The notes beneath the pieces are model-generated. The model saw only the letters and a list, made by a program, of their open reading frames with translations. It was not told where the DNA came from and did no database searches. A stretch of 63,848 bases of DNA, counting the filler, from Octopus bimaculoides (Eukaryota): the NCBI RefSeq assembly GCF_001194135.2. It is 7 parts of 7 records of this genome, joined end to end, with 100 filler letters (N's around TTAATTAATTAA, not from the genome) between each part and the next. Parts side by side here need not be neighbours in the genome. Positions count along the whole stretch, not along the records: positions 39,118 to 45,915 come from NC_068983.1; positions 46,016 to 62,659 come from NC_068988.1; 5 more parts are not named here. One strand, written 5' to 3'. Both the position numbers and the translations under genes were made by a program. Below are positions 41,051-54,297 of this stretch, one piece after another. The number at the start of each line of letters is the position of its first letter. Positions within the stretch are counted from its first letter, which is position 1.

Positions 41051-42119
41051 CTTTTTTCGTCTTTTTAGCAAACAAAACATTACATCATCAATACATTGCA
41101 TAACAATTCAAATAGCATTTAGCAAAGGTTTCAGAACATTACATAAGCAAAAGTTTACAATTAAGAGTTCATATCAAGTCGAATTAAAAGTTCTTTCACT
41201 TCGTTGTTTTTCTTTTCCATTAACAACATGTCACAAAGTTCTTTCTTTCCTTTTCTTTTAAGTTAACACCACAGTTAGCAGTTCTTTTAACACATGTAAC
41301 GACGAAGTACATTTTAAAGAATATTTGAACAAACCTTCACCGTAATAATTTCCTTTCTTTCAAAACTCCTACTATAATCCAAGAAGTAGTAACCAACTGA
41401 CTACTACGATCTTTTGCCCGCCACACAGTTCCATCTCTCTGATTCCTCTCTNNNNNNNNNNNNNNNNNNNNNNNNNNNNNNNNNNNNNNNNNNNNNNNNN
41501 NNNNNNNNNNNNNNNNNNNNNNNNNNNNNNNNNNNNNNNNNNNNNNNNNNNNNNNNNNNNNNNNNNNNNNNNNNNNNNNNNNNNNNNNNNNNNNNNNNNN
41601 NNNNNNNNNNNNNNNNNNNNNNNNNNNNNNNNNNNNNNNNNNNNNNNNNNNNNNNNNNNNNNNNNNNNNNNNNNNNNNNNNNNNNNNNNNNNNNNNNNNN
41701 NNNNNNNNNNNNNNNNNNNNNNNNNNNNNNNNNNNNNNNNNNNNNNNNNNNNNNNNNNNNNNNNNNNNNNNNNNNNNNNNNNNNNNNNNNNNNNNNNNNN
41801 NNNNNNNNNNNNNNNNNNNNNNNNNNNNNNNNNNNNNNNNNNNNNNNNNNNNNNNNNNNNNNNNNNNNNNNNNNNNNNNNNNNNNNNNNNNNNNNNNNNN
41901 NNNNNNNNNNNNNNNNNNNNNNNNNNNNNNNNNNNNNNNNNNNNNNNNNNNNNNNNNNNNNNNNNNNNNNNNNNNNNNNNNNNNNNNNNNNNNNNNNNNN
42001 NNNNNNNNNNNNNNNNNNNNNNNNNNNNNNNNNNNNNNNNNNNNNNNNNNNNNNNNNNNNNNNNNNNNNNNNNNNNNNNNNNNNNNNNNNNNNNNNCACT
42101 CCTACGCTAAAAATAGCTG

Positions 42120-42880
42120 TACTTTTTCACAAGACAAAGGAAATACCATTATCCTCAACAACCAGAATACGGTTTCAAAACCCAGCTCGGGAGATAGGGA
42201 TATAACATTAATTTGTATTTTCGGTGGTCGCATCAGTATAATTAATCTGAAAATCAAAAGACCCCGTGAAATATTAAAATACAGATAGTTGCTTCCAACT
42301 GAACATATAAGGATTTCACGAGGAAAGACAACAACCAAAATCATGTTCATGGACTTCACAACAATTAACCGGAATGGACAAAATTTCATAGCAGAAATCT
42401 GAGACTCGTAAAAGTGTGAACTTCACTAAACACTATCCAGAACTAAAAGATTGTATTAAACTGGTGACAGATTAACTTTACCACTCAAGAATAAAATCAG
42501 TTTATCTAATTTCAATCCTAAGATATGTCTCACTTTGTTGATATTTTAATATGCCATGCAGTTAATTCGAACTACGGCTAATAAGCACATGAAAATATTG
42601 TAGTTATGAAAAAGACAATCTGGAAATTGTACTGGGAAATAATATTTTGTTACATCCCAAAATCTGATAATTTCACATTTCTTCACGCCATATAATCATA
42701 ACGATAGAAATGCTTCCCATGGACCGTTCTTGGATCTTGAAGTAGGAAATGGTATTTATGGACTGATGCAAGTTGTGATTACTTGCATCTAAATACTGAG
42801 TGCGATCTAATTCAAAGACCCACACAAAATCTAGAATTTATCCCCACAAGCTGCTCATATTTGTTAATTATATATTAAGA
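42120..42880 (+). mobile_element. Highly decayed Penelope-like reverse transcriptase remnant
   Basis: Scattered motifs in the expected order: FSQDKGNTIILN (DKG motif), LEIVLGNN, PFLDLEV, TDASCDYLHLN. Confidence 0.45.
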
Positions 42881-42957
42881 TTGCAATAATTAATTACTTG
42901 GTTCACCTGTTATGTAAAGAATGCTTGATTAGGGCACATCATAACTAAGAATAAATA

Positions 42958-43054
<97 letters not shown>

Positions 43055-44134
43055 TTCTGTGCATTGCAGGCGTGAAGTTATAATGTGTCTGGCTTTCGGT
43101 GAGTTGACCGACATCTTGTTCTTTCGTATCCACCTCAACATATCTATTTTGCTGTTGTATATATACGTATTAGCAACAATGCTATTAGCAGTCATTCACT
43201 TTATAATTATCAACATGGGCTTAACATAATAATCGTGCATTAAAAACAGCTTATATTTAGAGGTAATCTTCGAGCACCCTTACTTTATCACAAAATTTAA
43301 GGAAATTCCCACAAGCAACAAGAAAAAGCAATAAGTTATAAGGACAAGAATAATTCTTTTTCTTTCACTTTATAATGATATATCGGGCCTTGTGCCTAGA
43401 GTACAGAAGTATATTCATGATATCGCCATTTTTCACAACTACGTATTTATAGAAATAATATTGTTTGATACTAAACATAAAATAATAAATCAATAAAGGA
43501 TCAATGACAATTGATTTCCCAAAGAAGAGAAAATTAAAAGCCACTGTTATTTATCGATTCCATTTTGTTTTACTTCATTGTAAGTAATGCATTTTATCTA
43601 TTAGTTATGTTTTGAAAATAAATTTGTTACTGTAAATTAAGTTCATTTTAAAAATTAATTTAGCAGCGGTATGACTAGAGGTTGTATCAATTGACCTTAA
43701 TGTAAGTGGAAGTATAATAAGAAAACATAACTAGGATACAGAAACTATTTCAGCAAAACCGAACGTGTCTTCACTCGTATCTCGAAGGATACTTTAAGTA
43801 TGTACAGATCTATACGCGCGCGCACACACACGCATACACACATACATACATACACGCGCGTTTATTGGTGCGGGCGAAGGTAAGAGTATTCCTGTGTGTT
43901 TTTGTTTTCGCATTTGTCTAACCAATGGAAAACCAGTGATTTTCGATTAAGTCTCTGCAATTTGAGCGGTTCGAGAAAAAGATGCGATAGAATTTAAAGA
44001 CTCAAAACATATACCGGGGCTGATAGATCGACTAGAGCCTTCCAGAAGATCTCTCAGAAAGACCGCAGCACAATGAGTGAAAAAAAAGAAGCAAAAATTA
44101 TAAAAGAAATCTTGACACAAACCCTGTAGATATT

Positions 44135-44305
44135 TGAGGGGAAGCGCAAGTCAATTACATCAACCCAAGGACTTCACTGCTACTTATTTTTTTAGAAAAC
44201 AAAAGGTTGAAATTCAAAGTCAGCGTGGACGGAATTTGAACTCAGAACGTAAAAACGGAGCAAATGCCTCTAAGCAATTTTGTCCGACATGCTAAAAAGT
44301 GTACC
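44135..44305 (-). mobile_element. SINE family A (degenerate)
   Basis: GGAATTTGAACTCAGAACGTAAAAACGG...TAAGCAATTTTGTCCGACATGCTAA. Confidence 0.75.
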
Positions 44306-44744
44306 GACCCATCGTATTTGCATCGAGTAATATAAATAGTAAAGAACTATAAATGTAAATAAAGACATTATAATCTTTATGTGGGATGAAGCTTACAGAT
44401 TTCCGAGGTGTCCTGTGTACTGAATGACTCCAGTTCATAGTTCATTAACTGTCATGAAGCTCTGATTAACCCAGTAATTTTGCCAAGTAATCATATTTAA
44501 GTTAAACCTGTTGAAGCTGATTTGCACATCGGTATTAGTTTCACAGCTTTTATAAATTATTTACAGATTAATACCGTATTAACTCTAAAAGTTTCAACAT
44601 AAAGTGACATCTCCTAGAGTAACAGTAAGATTCACTAAAATCTGATGACGATTAACAAACTGAAACCTCAGTTACTCGATTTCCAGTATCATTTTACTGA
44701 CAATTCATGTACATTACCGAGATTCATTCATCAGAAGCCTCTCT

Positions 44745-44805
<61 letters not shown>

Positions 44806-45087
44806 NNNNNNNNNNNNNNNNNNNNNNNNNNNNNNNNNNNNNNNNNNNNNNNNNNNNNNNNNNNNNNNNNNNNNNNNNNNNNNNNNNNNNNNNNNNNNNN
44901 NNNNNNNNNNNNNNNNNNNNNNNNNNNNNNNNNNNNNNNNNNNNNNNNNNNNNNNNNNNNNNNNNNNNNNNNNNNNNNNNNNNNNNNCTCTCTCTGTATA
45001 GAAATATATATATATATATATATGCATCTATATATGTATGTATATATGTGTGTGTATAGGGTTCTTTCTTCATTTCTCTCTCTCTCT

Positions 45088-45137
<50 letters not shown>

Positions 45138-45538
45138 TTATATATGTAACGTATGAGACAAAGAGAAAGTAAATAGAATTTACGAGATACTTTATTAATC
45201 ACAATGATCGTTACGACCCATCATGCATCTGTCACTCGCGAATGAGATTTTGTTTAAATATTTGTAGTGCATCATTCGGTGCAGATGGCCCACTACGTAG
45301 ATGCTTTGTGAACAATACATGACCAATAAGTGCACAACATAGTTGTTTAATAATCATATTACGAAACTTGTTTCAGTTAACTTTATAATTTGATGAGAAG
45401 AAATGAAATCGTTGGCAGGTTGCGGTACTATGCATGGAGGGGAAACCCCCCAAAAAATATTTAAGTATCAGAGAAGGTTTAGTGTCATAAATTAAGACGT
45501 ATGCATACATTTATGCATGTAAGTATGAATGTATGTAT

Positions 45539-45915
45539 GTCATTATTCAGTTTATTTCAAGATTGTGTGCCAATAGAGAAAGAATTGGTTTCTAACCCAG
45601 ATCGAAGGTTCCTTCATTGGAATTTCAATATCAACAACAGGGTATTTTTATTTGTATATATGTATGTATGTATGTATGCATGTATGCATGTATGTATGTA
45701 TGTATGTACGTACCTACGTATGTATGCATGTATGTATGTATATATGTATGTGCAGATTTGTATGTTTTATGTATGTATTCTCATGTATGTATGTATGTAT
45801 GTCATTCAGTTTTATTTCAAGATTTCTTGGCAAAAGAGAATGAGCATGTTTCTAACCAAAATCCAAGGCTCATTCATTGTAATTTCAACATCAACAGAGT
45901 ATTTTTGTATGTATG
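45539..45915. repeat. Two diverged copies of an about 110-bp core separated by (ATGT)n
   Basis: GTCATT..CAGTT.TATTTCAAGATT...TTTCTAACC...TTCATTG.AATTTCAA.ATCAACA at 45539 and 45801. Confidence 0.8.
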
Positions 45916-46015
45916 NNNNNNNNNNNNNNNNNNNNNNNNNNNNNNNNNNNNNNNNNNNNTTAATTAATTAANNNNNNNNNNNNNNNNNNNNNNNNNNNNN
46001 NNNNNNNNNNNNNNN

Positions 46016-46222
46016 CCTTCCCCGAGTCGTGGACTCATAAGACCGTTTTTTAAAACTCTTTGGCGCATATATCCCACCCTCACCGTCATGAAGGACACCA
46101 GTTCATTGAAGGAATACTAATTGTTGCCAGCTAAGTGGACTGGGGGAAAGTGAAATGAAGTATTTTGTTCAAGGACTCAATGCACCACCCAGCCCAGGGA
46201 TCGAAACCACAACTCTATGATT
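46016..46222 (-). mobile_element. SINE family C
   Basis: TTGCCAGCTAAGTGGACTGG...TGTTCAAGGACTCAATGC...GGGATCGAAACCACAAC is the reverse complement of a family C head. Confidence 0.7.
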
Positions 46223-46264
46223 TCTCTCCGTCTGTCTGTCCGCCTGACTCTATCGTTAGCCACT

Positions 46265-46445
46265 AAACCTTTTTCTATTTTCTCTCCCTGTTTATTTTTG
46301 TGTTCCTTTCTGTCGAAGAGCGTAGGCTCGAAACGTAAAAGACTTTCTTACTTTCCCGAGCGTTAAACTAACACATCTGTTTGTTGTTTACACACCCATC
46401 TTCGTCTTTTGTTTTGTTTTTGTTTTTTGTAAATTCTCACTATAT
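46265..46445 (+). mobile_element. Penelope-like element terminal repeat with hammerhead-like core
   Basis: CTGTCGAA-GAGC-GTAG-GCTC-GAAAC at 46310-46334, followed by a T-rich tail ending in (AT)n. Confidence 0.5.
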
Positions 46446-46449
46446 ATAT

Positions 46450-46487
<38 letters not shown>

Positions 46488-47079
46488 ATGTGTGTGTGTG
46501 TGTGTTTGTGTGTATATATCTACATCCATCAATACACACTTAATAGATGCACACACACCTCACACACACATACACTCACACATACACTCACACATACATA
46601 CATTCACACACTCATATATATTGATTCTATCATTATTAGTAACAAGAAAAGATACGTAGGTGTGCTTCATTGTTAATATATATCTTATTATATTCCGGAT
46701 ATTTTTCTAGTCAGATGGAATAATATTTCTTACTTTAACAAGATCCGTACTTTCTGTAGAGGTACCTAATTATTTAACTATCCAATACTGTATCTCAGTA
46801 AGGAGGCAATTATTGAAAATGTATTTAAATTTCTACTTCATATCATTCTGCACCGGCTTAAAGAAAATGATGTGCTGTTTAACCCCTGGTTAGCACCTCG
46901 GCCCCTTGTTTTTGCAGTAAAGTTCGGTCTGAAAGATTCAACTTACATATCAGAAAATACGGTAAGCCGGAAACATGTAGGACTTCATGTTAAATGGAAT
47001 TAAAATCCATTAAAATCTGAGTTATTTTTTCTCAAATTGAAAAATATGGGTTTTACATTCCATTATAATATCATAGCTA

Positions 47080-47298
47080 AAGGCCGCGAGGTGGCAGAAT
47101 CGTTAGCACGACGAGCAAAATGCTTAGCTGTATTTCGCCCGTCTTTACGCTTTGAGTTCAAATTCCACCATGGTCGACTTTGCTTTTCATCCTTTTGGGA
47201 TCGATAAATCAAATACCAGTTGAGTTCTGGGGTCGATGAGATCGCCCCCCCCCCTCCCCACAAAATCCAGGCCTTATGCCTATAGTAGAAAAGATTAT
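47080..47298 (+). mobile_element. SINE family A, full length, with probable target-site duplication
   Basis: CpG-rich copy flanked by ATTATAATATCATAGCTAAAGG (47062-47083) and ATTATAATATCACAGATATAAAGG (47294-47317). Confidence 0.9.
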
Positions 47299-47449
47299 AA
47301 TATCACAGATATAAAGGGTTTCTGCTTCAGATGCAAGGATCGCAATTTTGACAGAAGGGAAAAGTCGATTCCACCAACTTCAATTACTTTATTGTCACTT
47401 TAAGACTGTAAGGGTTCAACCAATACTCCGATCTTCTGTTATAGATAAT

Positions 47450-48299
47450 AAATCTTTCTAATTTTTGGCACAGAGCTAGCAATTTTGAAGGGAGGGGCAA
47501 GTCGATCACATGGACACCAGTACTTGATCATTAATAATTTTATCGACTCCCAAATGATAAAAGGTAAAAAAAAAAATCAACCTCGGCAGAATTTGAACCC
47601 CAGACATAAAGAGCTTGAAGAAATATTGTTAAGCATTTCGTTAGACATGGAAACGATTTATAGATGATAATTCTTTCTAATATTTGTTACAAGCCGAGCA
47701 ATTTTGCGGGGAATGGAATTGCTTACATGGAATCTAATGCTCAGCCTTTATTTGTTATATCGTCCCCCAAATGATGGAAATCAAAATTGAGATTGGCAGA
47801 ATTTGAACTCGGAAAAACAGACAGTTGGAAGAAACGCTGTTAAGTATTTTACCCAACACATTAACGATTCTGCCACCTTTTTGCTTTTCTGCAGATAATA
47901 GATACATCAGAAAATTTAGTTATATTTCTATTCTGTTTTTATTCTTGATCAAGTTAGGCTTCCCAAGTTATTTCTTAGATGAAATATGAGAAGAGTATTT
48001 GATTCTATCCCATATACATATTTACACCGGCAAGATTACAATCTTTTTTCTTTTTTAATGTTTAAATTTTCTGAGAGTGAAATATTGGTTTAAAATTTTG
48101 GCAGGGGGGGGGGCTAATAAACCTGGGGGATAAATAAATCAATTACATTGATCCCAGTGCTCAGCTGGTACTTATTTTATTGACCCGGAAAGGATGAAAG
48201 GCAAAGTTGACTACGGTGAAATTTTAACTCAGAACGTAAAGACAGACGAAACGCATCTAAGTATTTTTCCCGCATGTTAACGACTCTATCAGCTTGCCG
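47450..48299 (-). mobile_element. Three SINE family A copies (about 47450-47660, 47670-47878, 48090-48299)
   Basis: Each carries (G)AATTT(G/T)AAC(T/C)C.GA and a reverse-complement head (AACGATTCTGCCA-like). Confidence 0.8.
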
Positions 48300-48957
48300 A
48301 ATTACTGCTCAGAGAAATACCACCATTATCACCATCTGGCTCTTGGTTGCATTTGTTAGAGTCCATTACATCGCAAGCATTGAGCGTGAGTCTATGCTCT
48401 AAGCTTAATTTCGTCAATTCCTCATATTTCTAAAATCATCATCGGCGTCACAATTCCTTCTTTAAATAAGCGATAAACATTCAAAGAAACAAACGCACCA
48501 AGGAATCTTTAATGAACTTCAGCATTATAAATCAATAACAGAATAGTTTAATTAATTATCCAGCTTACATGGATCCGTAAAAATGCATAAAATGCATGCC
48601 TAAAGGATCTTAAATATGCAATATTGTTTCCGGTTTCTGCTTGAAAACTAATAAGGAATATGGTTAAGCTTCAGTCATTTCCAATTCCGAGTGTGAGGAA
48701 AATAGGAAGAAAATCAGAAACGGTAGCTGTAAACAAGGAAGGTACAAACAAATGGTTTGGGATAAAATAAATTTGAACAGGAACTCAGGCTCGTGAATAT
48801 TACGCGATTTTATGGAATATTAACCTAATCCAACTGCTAGTGGCATCTTTGAATAAATGCTTAAGCACGACTCCCGCTGAAATGGTTTCCGTCCAGGCAC
48901 ATAATGCGCGTGGTGCAATTTCTAGCTAGTCACATCTTGACAATTTTCATGCTGCGA

Positions 48958-49002
48958 TTAATAATAATAATAATAACAATACTATTAACAACAACAACAA
49001 CG

Positions 49003-49081
<79 letters not shown>

Positions 49082-49172
49082 TGATGATGATGATGATGAT
49101 GATGATGGTGGTGGTAGTGGTAGTCATAATGATTATGATAAAAAATAATAATAATAATGGTAGTATTACTGC

Positions 49173-49237
<65 letters not shown>

Positions 49238-49275
49238 GTAGTAGTAGTAGTAGTAGTAGTAGTATTAATGATGAT
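48958..49275. repeat. Compound trinucleotide microsatellite (AAT)n-(GAT)n-(ATT)n-(AGT)n
   Basis: Seen directly in the sequence. Confidence 0.95.
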
Positions 49276-50329
49276 GATAATTGTGATGTACACAAATACA
49301 TACAGTTATGAACGCATGTACATATGTAAGTATGCATGTGCGCATGCTTAATTGCATTTATACGTACGCATAAATTAGAAACAGCTCGCATGCATACATC
49401 CATACACACACACACGTGTGTGTGTGTGTGTACGTGTGTGTACGTATGTGCGTGAATGCATGAATAAAAGTCTGTTTTGTGTTATCACAGCAAACCATTT
49501 CACTCCAATAAATCATTATACCTGCAATATCCGGGCGTAGTCAATAAATTGGAAAATGGTGGATTGATGACATGGACACGAAAAAACATCCAGCGGTAAA
49601 TCGATGAATAACTAAGTATTTCTACAAACAGACACTATAATTTACTCTGTCCTAATCCCTCAATCTCCCATGTGCTCGCCCATACACATACGCTAGCACG
49701 CATTTCCACTATCGGTAAAATACATACATATTAACATGCACATACAAGCATATATATACATATCTGTGTACATATCAATTTACATATGTATACAAACGTG
49801 TATGTGCGTGTACGTGTGCATGCTTCAGAGAGTGTGTGTGTGTCTTTATTTTTGTTTTTTTGCGTAAATGTCTTCAACAAGACCCGGTCGTGTTTTATTT
49901 AATTAACTAAATAATGGACAGTCTTCTTCAAAATTGTTTATAGTACTATGAAATTCTTCCGTTAAAGCCATAACACGATGTTAATGACAACTGCGAATGA
50001 TTAATCATATAATTAATAAGTAATAAAAGGAGTAATAAACCGATATGTCTGCCTTCGTTAAATATAACAGTAAGGCATACACAAACTGTATCAGAATAAA
50101 AAAGAAATATGCGCGCATCTATTTATCTACTTCTATTCATGCTTACATATATATGCCTATCGTATGATGGTGAGGTGGTGTCGGTGACTAAAATAGCAGC
50201 AGAATCCTGATTGGTGTGTACGGTTGATTTTGGACCCCACTGCCTGAAGAAAAACAATACTTAAGGCTACCCAGTTATGTGGGTATGCGTATTAACTGTA
50301 AACAACATTATTTTCTTATCATTTCATTC

Positions 50330-50735
50330 AGGCGTGGCTGTGTGGTAAGACTTTCGCTTTCTAACCACATGGCCCCGGGTTCAGTCCAGCTGTGTGGCAC
50401 CTTAAGCAAGCGTCTTCCATTAATAGCCTCCGGCCGAATAAAGCCTCGTGAGTGGATTTTTGGTTGACAACAACTAACAGAAGCTCGTCGTATGTGTGTG
50501 TGTATATATATAAATACGTATATATATCAATGTGTGTGTCTATGAGTATGAATTTGTCTCCCACCTATGCTTGACAAGCGATGCTTACATCCCTATAACT
50601 TAGCAGTTCTGCAATAAAAACCGAGAGAATAAATACCACTCTTAAAAATATACGTCCTGGGGTCATTTTGTCCGACTAAACCATTCAGGGTGGCACGCTA
50701 GCTAGTCTGTAGTCCAGTGAATAAAACAAATAAAT
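50330..50735 (+). mobile_element. SINE family B, near full length
   Basis: GGCGTGGCTGTGTGGTAAGA...CCGGGTTCAGTCC...GGCACCTT, then a (GT/AT) tract, then the tail CCTGGGGTCATTTTGTCCGACTAAAC. Confidence 0.85.
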
Positions 50736-51690
50736 GTTATATATTTTTCCAAACGATTCTAAGTTTGCGATGGCTATTGTAGATGTTACGATCCAAAATT
50801 TTACGTTTTCATTTCATCTCATACTTTCTGTTATTGCTCTTTTCAACGTATGAATCCACCTGACCGTTTGAGATATGTCACCAATATTTAAATTTCATTT
50901 ACTGTTTCTTTTTATATTTTCATCAGTAATATTTCAGTAGATATTTACATCCTAAGTCGTTTTCCTGCTATATCTATATGTGTTAAATGTTTGAATTATT
51001 AATAATAGCCTACATGAACGATAACACCTGTACAACGAATATAATGAATTTTTTTTTCACTGAGTTAGAGTTTGCTTCGCAGAATCTTCAAGGTCTTATA
51101 TCATTACACGTTCTAGAAACACATTGAAAATGTTTAAAGGAAGGAAACATGTTTGTCTAGCAATACTTGCTGTTTTTTTAAACCTTACCTTGGATGAATT
51201 TACCCCAAAATTAAATATTTAACATGTTTGGTGCATATATACATACATACATACTTACATTCATACATACACACACACATATATATACTATCTAACAGAA
51301 GTAATGTACACCCCCAATATATTTCAGTAGAATTGCCATTACTCTGATAATATAGAAGGAAATCAAACGAAATGATACTGAATAAAATATATTATACATG
51401 CAAATATTATACAAATTTGGAGTACAAAACAATCAACACTTTCAAAGATATGAACAAAATATTAATCTTGAAACGATACAAAAATATGTATACCCTAAAG
51501 GAAATTTGCTATATTTAATATTTTTTCCACTTTTTTTTTTTTTTTTTTTTTTGCTAAATTCAGATATAGCTGACAATTTCAATTGTAATAAAGTAATTTT
51601 CCTGGAATTTTTTGTACCGGTCATTGTTATTGCATCTGCAGGAATTCCGATTTCTGTACCGTGGTAAAAATGTTCTTCATTGTGATTAAA

Positions 51691-52065
51691 ACGGCACCAA
51701 ATGGAAAGGAATCGCCTGACGATCTGAAGAAAATTATTTTTAATTTGTCCAAGAATGGTTTCGGATACAGGTTAATTAACAAACGTACATATTAGCGTAC
51801 ATATTAGCGTAAACACAGCTGTCAAAGTAATTCAGAAGTACAAAGCTACTGGACAGGTAAGTAATTAACATTGTCCAGGTCGTACTTCTATTTCAACTGC
51901 ACGTGATATTTGCCATATCCAACGTTGCGTGATGGACGACAGGCATCGTGCCACTTCATCTTTGTCCCAAGAAGTGTCTTCTGCTGTTGGAAAGAACGTA
52001 TTCGACCAAACAGTACGCCGAAGTTTGAACCAGTGTGGTATAAGGAATAGAGACAAAATCCAATT
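51691..52065 (+). mobile_element. Tc1-like transposase N-terminal (paired-like HTH) remnant
   Basis: (M>T)APNGKESPDDLKKIIFNLSKNGFGYRLI...NTAVKVIQKYKATGQ...PGRTSISTARDICHIQRCVMDDRH...VFDQTVRRSLNQCG resembles MAPxGKELS.DL...I...GRP...Q.IRR.L. Disrupted by a frameshift, a 12-bp duplication and stops, and truncated by a SINE fragment. Confidence 0.8.
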
Positions 52066-52266
52066 CTACTCTATCCTCGACCCAATTCTATAGTAGAAAA
52101 CACTTGCCCAAGGTGCCACATACTGAAACTGAGCCTCGAATCCTGTTGTTAGGAAGGAGACTTCATACAGCACAGCCAAAATTTGAATATTTGGTATTCA
52201 CCTAACTAAATGTTTTGAATCTTCTCTCCCACAATGATATCCCGCACATACAGAAACATGAGCCTA

Positions 52267-52322
<56 letters not shown>

Positions 52323-52363
52323 AATCTATTTATCTATCTATCTATCTATCTATCTACATAAAC

Positions 52364-52394
<31 letters not shown>

Positions 52395-52682
52395 CACCTA
52401 CATATATACACGTCCATTCATCCGTCCAACCATCCAGCCCATCCTACATACAACCAAATACATATACATATACATATACATATATACTTACCAATATAGG
52501 AATACATGAATACATACACAAACATACACACATACTCATATGTATAGAAATATTCACATATTCACGATTACGCAGATGACATCAATGGTTTGAGTATGCG
52601 TAAGTCTATGAATTTATGAGACAATGTGTGTCGGTTTCTGTGCTTATGCGCTTATGTGCCTGCATGTCTATGTGTGCATGTA

Positions 52683-52766
<84 letters not shown>

Positions 52767-53391
52767 TCTATGGATATGATCGCCTGTGTGTATGTGTACA
52801 ACATTATGAGCACGCATATAAACAAGTATAGTTGATGAATGCGCAGAAAAAAGAAGCTAATTAGTCATGTTTCTTTACATAGCTCCAGGGTCAGAATGGA
52901 CTTCACTTAAGTATACGAATGTGACTCTGAAGCACTGCACGAAAGCTTAGCTTAAATAATCTGTTCATCTCTATGTTTGTTTATTTCTTCTTTTTTTTTT
53001 CCTTTGCGTTCATCCTTGTCTTTATTTTTTGTCTTTAGTTTCATCCAACCGTTCTCTGTATTTTTCTTTCTCTCCCTCCTTGGCCCTGTTACTTTCCATC
53101 TCTAACTATTACTCTCAATCTATCTTATTTTCTTTACTCACCTCTTCGTATTCAATTTCTTATAATTCTCACCTTTCTCTCTTCTTTTCCCTTTCCTCAC
53201 GATGCTGTACTTATATCGCAGTTTTCTTTATCGATTTCCAGTAAGTTTTATTTCGCTTTTAGCCATAATCTTTGTTGTTTTTACTTACACAAAAGCTCAC
53301 CGAGCGCATAATAAACCATCTTGGCTTGTCATAATTCCTACACTGAATCAGGCTAAACAGCCTTATATGCATATCTATATCTCTATCACAC

Positions 53392-53430
<39 letters not shown>

Positions 53431-53443
53431 AATCTCCCTCTCT

Positions 53444-53479
<36 letters not shown>

Positions 53480-54130
53480 AATCATAGAGAAACACACACA
53501 CACACCGAGGCACGCACACGAGCTTACTGCGAGTTTCTCATTGCTCACTGGCGATCTTTTGGCGCCCTTCTCTCTTCTCGTAACTTTCCGCCCGTTGCTA
53601 TTCCCATATTGCAGTTTTCTCAATAATTCTTCACTAAATTTTATTGGCTTTTGACCTAAAACTCAGTTAACCATATATATNNNNNNNNNNNNNNNNNNNN
53701 NNNNNNNNNNNNNNNNNNNNNNNNNNNNNNNNNNNNNNNNNNNNNNNNNNNNNNNNNNNNNNNNNNNNNNNNNNNNNNNNNNNNNNNNNNNNNNNNNNNN
53801 NNNNNNNNNNTATATATAACCATTTTTCGTATACATTCGCTGCTTTCTTCCAAGGAATCTAATGTTCTTAGCTTAGTTTTTCCTTGGGGCTGGCCAGATT
53901 GGAGCAATCTCCAGTATAACCAACAGAAATTGCAAAGATAATCTCGAACAAAAAACAAGGACAAGTCATTGTCCTTGTTTTCCTTGTATCGTCTATCTGG
54001 GTGTTTTGCTGCCCCTTTCATGTATCACCTAAGTGTCTGGATGTTTGGCGTTCTTATCCCATATTATATCATTTATATATATAGATATATATAGCGGCGT
54101 ACGTACACTTTGTCTCTTATATATATATAT

Positions 54131-54297
54131 ATACGATGGGCTTCTTTTAGCTTCCGTCTACCAAATCCACTAAGAAGGTTTTGGTCGGCCCGAGGCTATA
54201 GCAGAAGACACTTGCCCAAGGTGCCACACAGTGGGATTGAACCCGGAACCATGTGGTTGGGAAGCAAGCTTCTTGCCACACAACCACACCTGTGCCT
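54131..54297 (-). mobile_element. SINE family B head/body
   Basis: TTCCGTCTACCAAATCCAC...GGTCGGCCCGAGGCTATAGCAGAAGACACTTGCCCAAGGTGCCAC...GAACCCGGAACCATGTGGTTGGGAAGCAAGC. Confidence 0.9.

Noticed and set aside
43070-43098. Possible 29-nt exon (GCAG|...TTCG|GTGAGT; REVIMCLAF)
   Set aside because: Isolated, weak acceptor next to (AT)n, no partner exon.
43861-43885. ATTGG plus AAG|GTAAGA as a possible first exon
   Set aside because: Lies in a degenerate SINE family B copy whose head contains GGTAAGA.
44642-44675. CTGATGA-N13-GAAAC-CTCA-GTT hammerhead-like spacing
   Set aside because: Stem II is mismatched and stem I is absent; at best a dead relic.
49530-49620. Possible 90-nt minus-strand exon ending CAG|GTATAA
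   Set aside because: Poor acceptor, two open frames, no homology.
51850-51878. GTAAGT...CAG micro-intron inside the CTGGACA/TGTCCAG inverted repeat
   Set aside because: Too short for an intron and falls within Tc1 transposase coding sequence.
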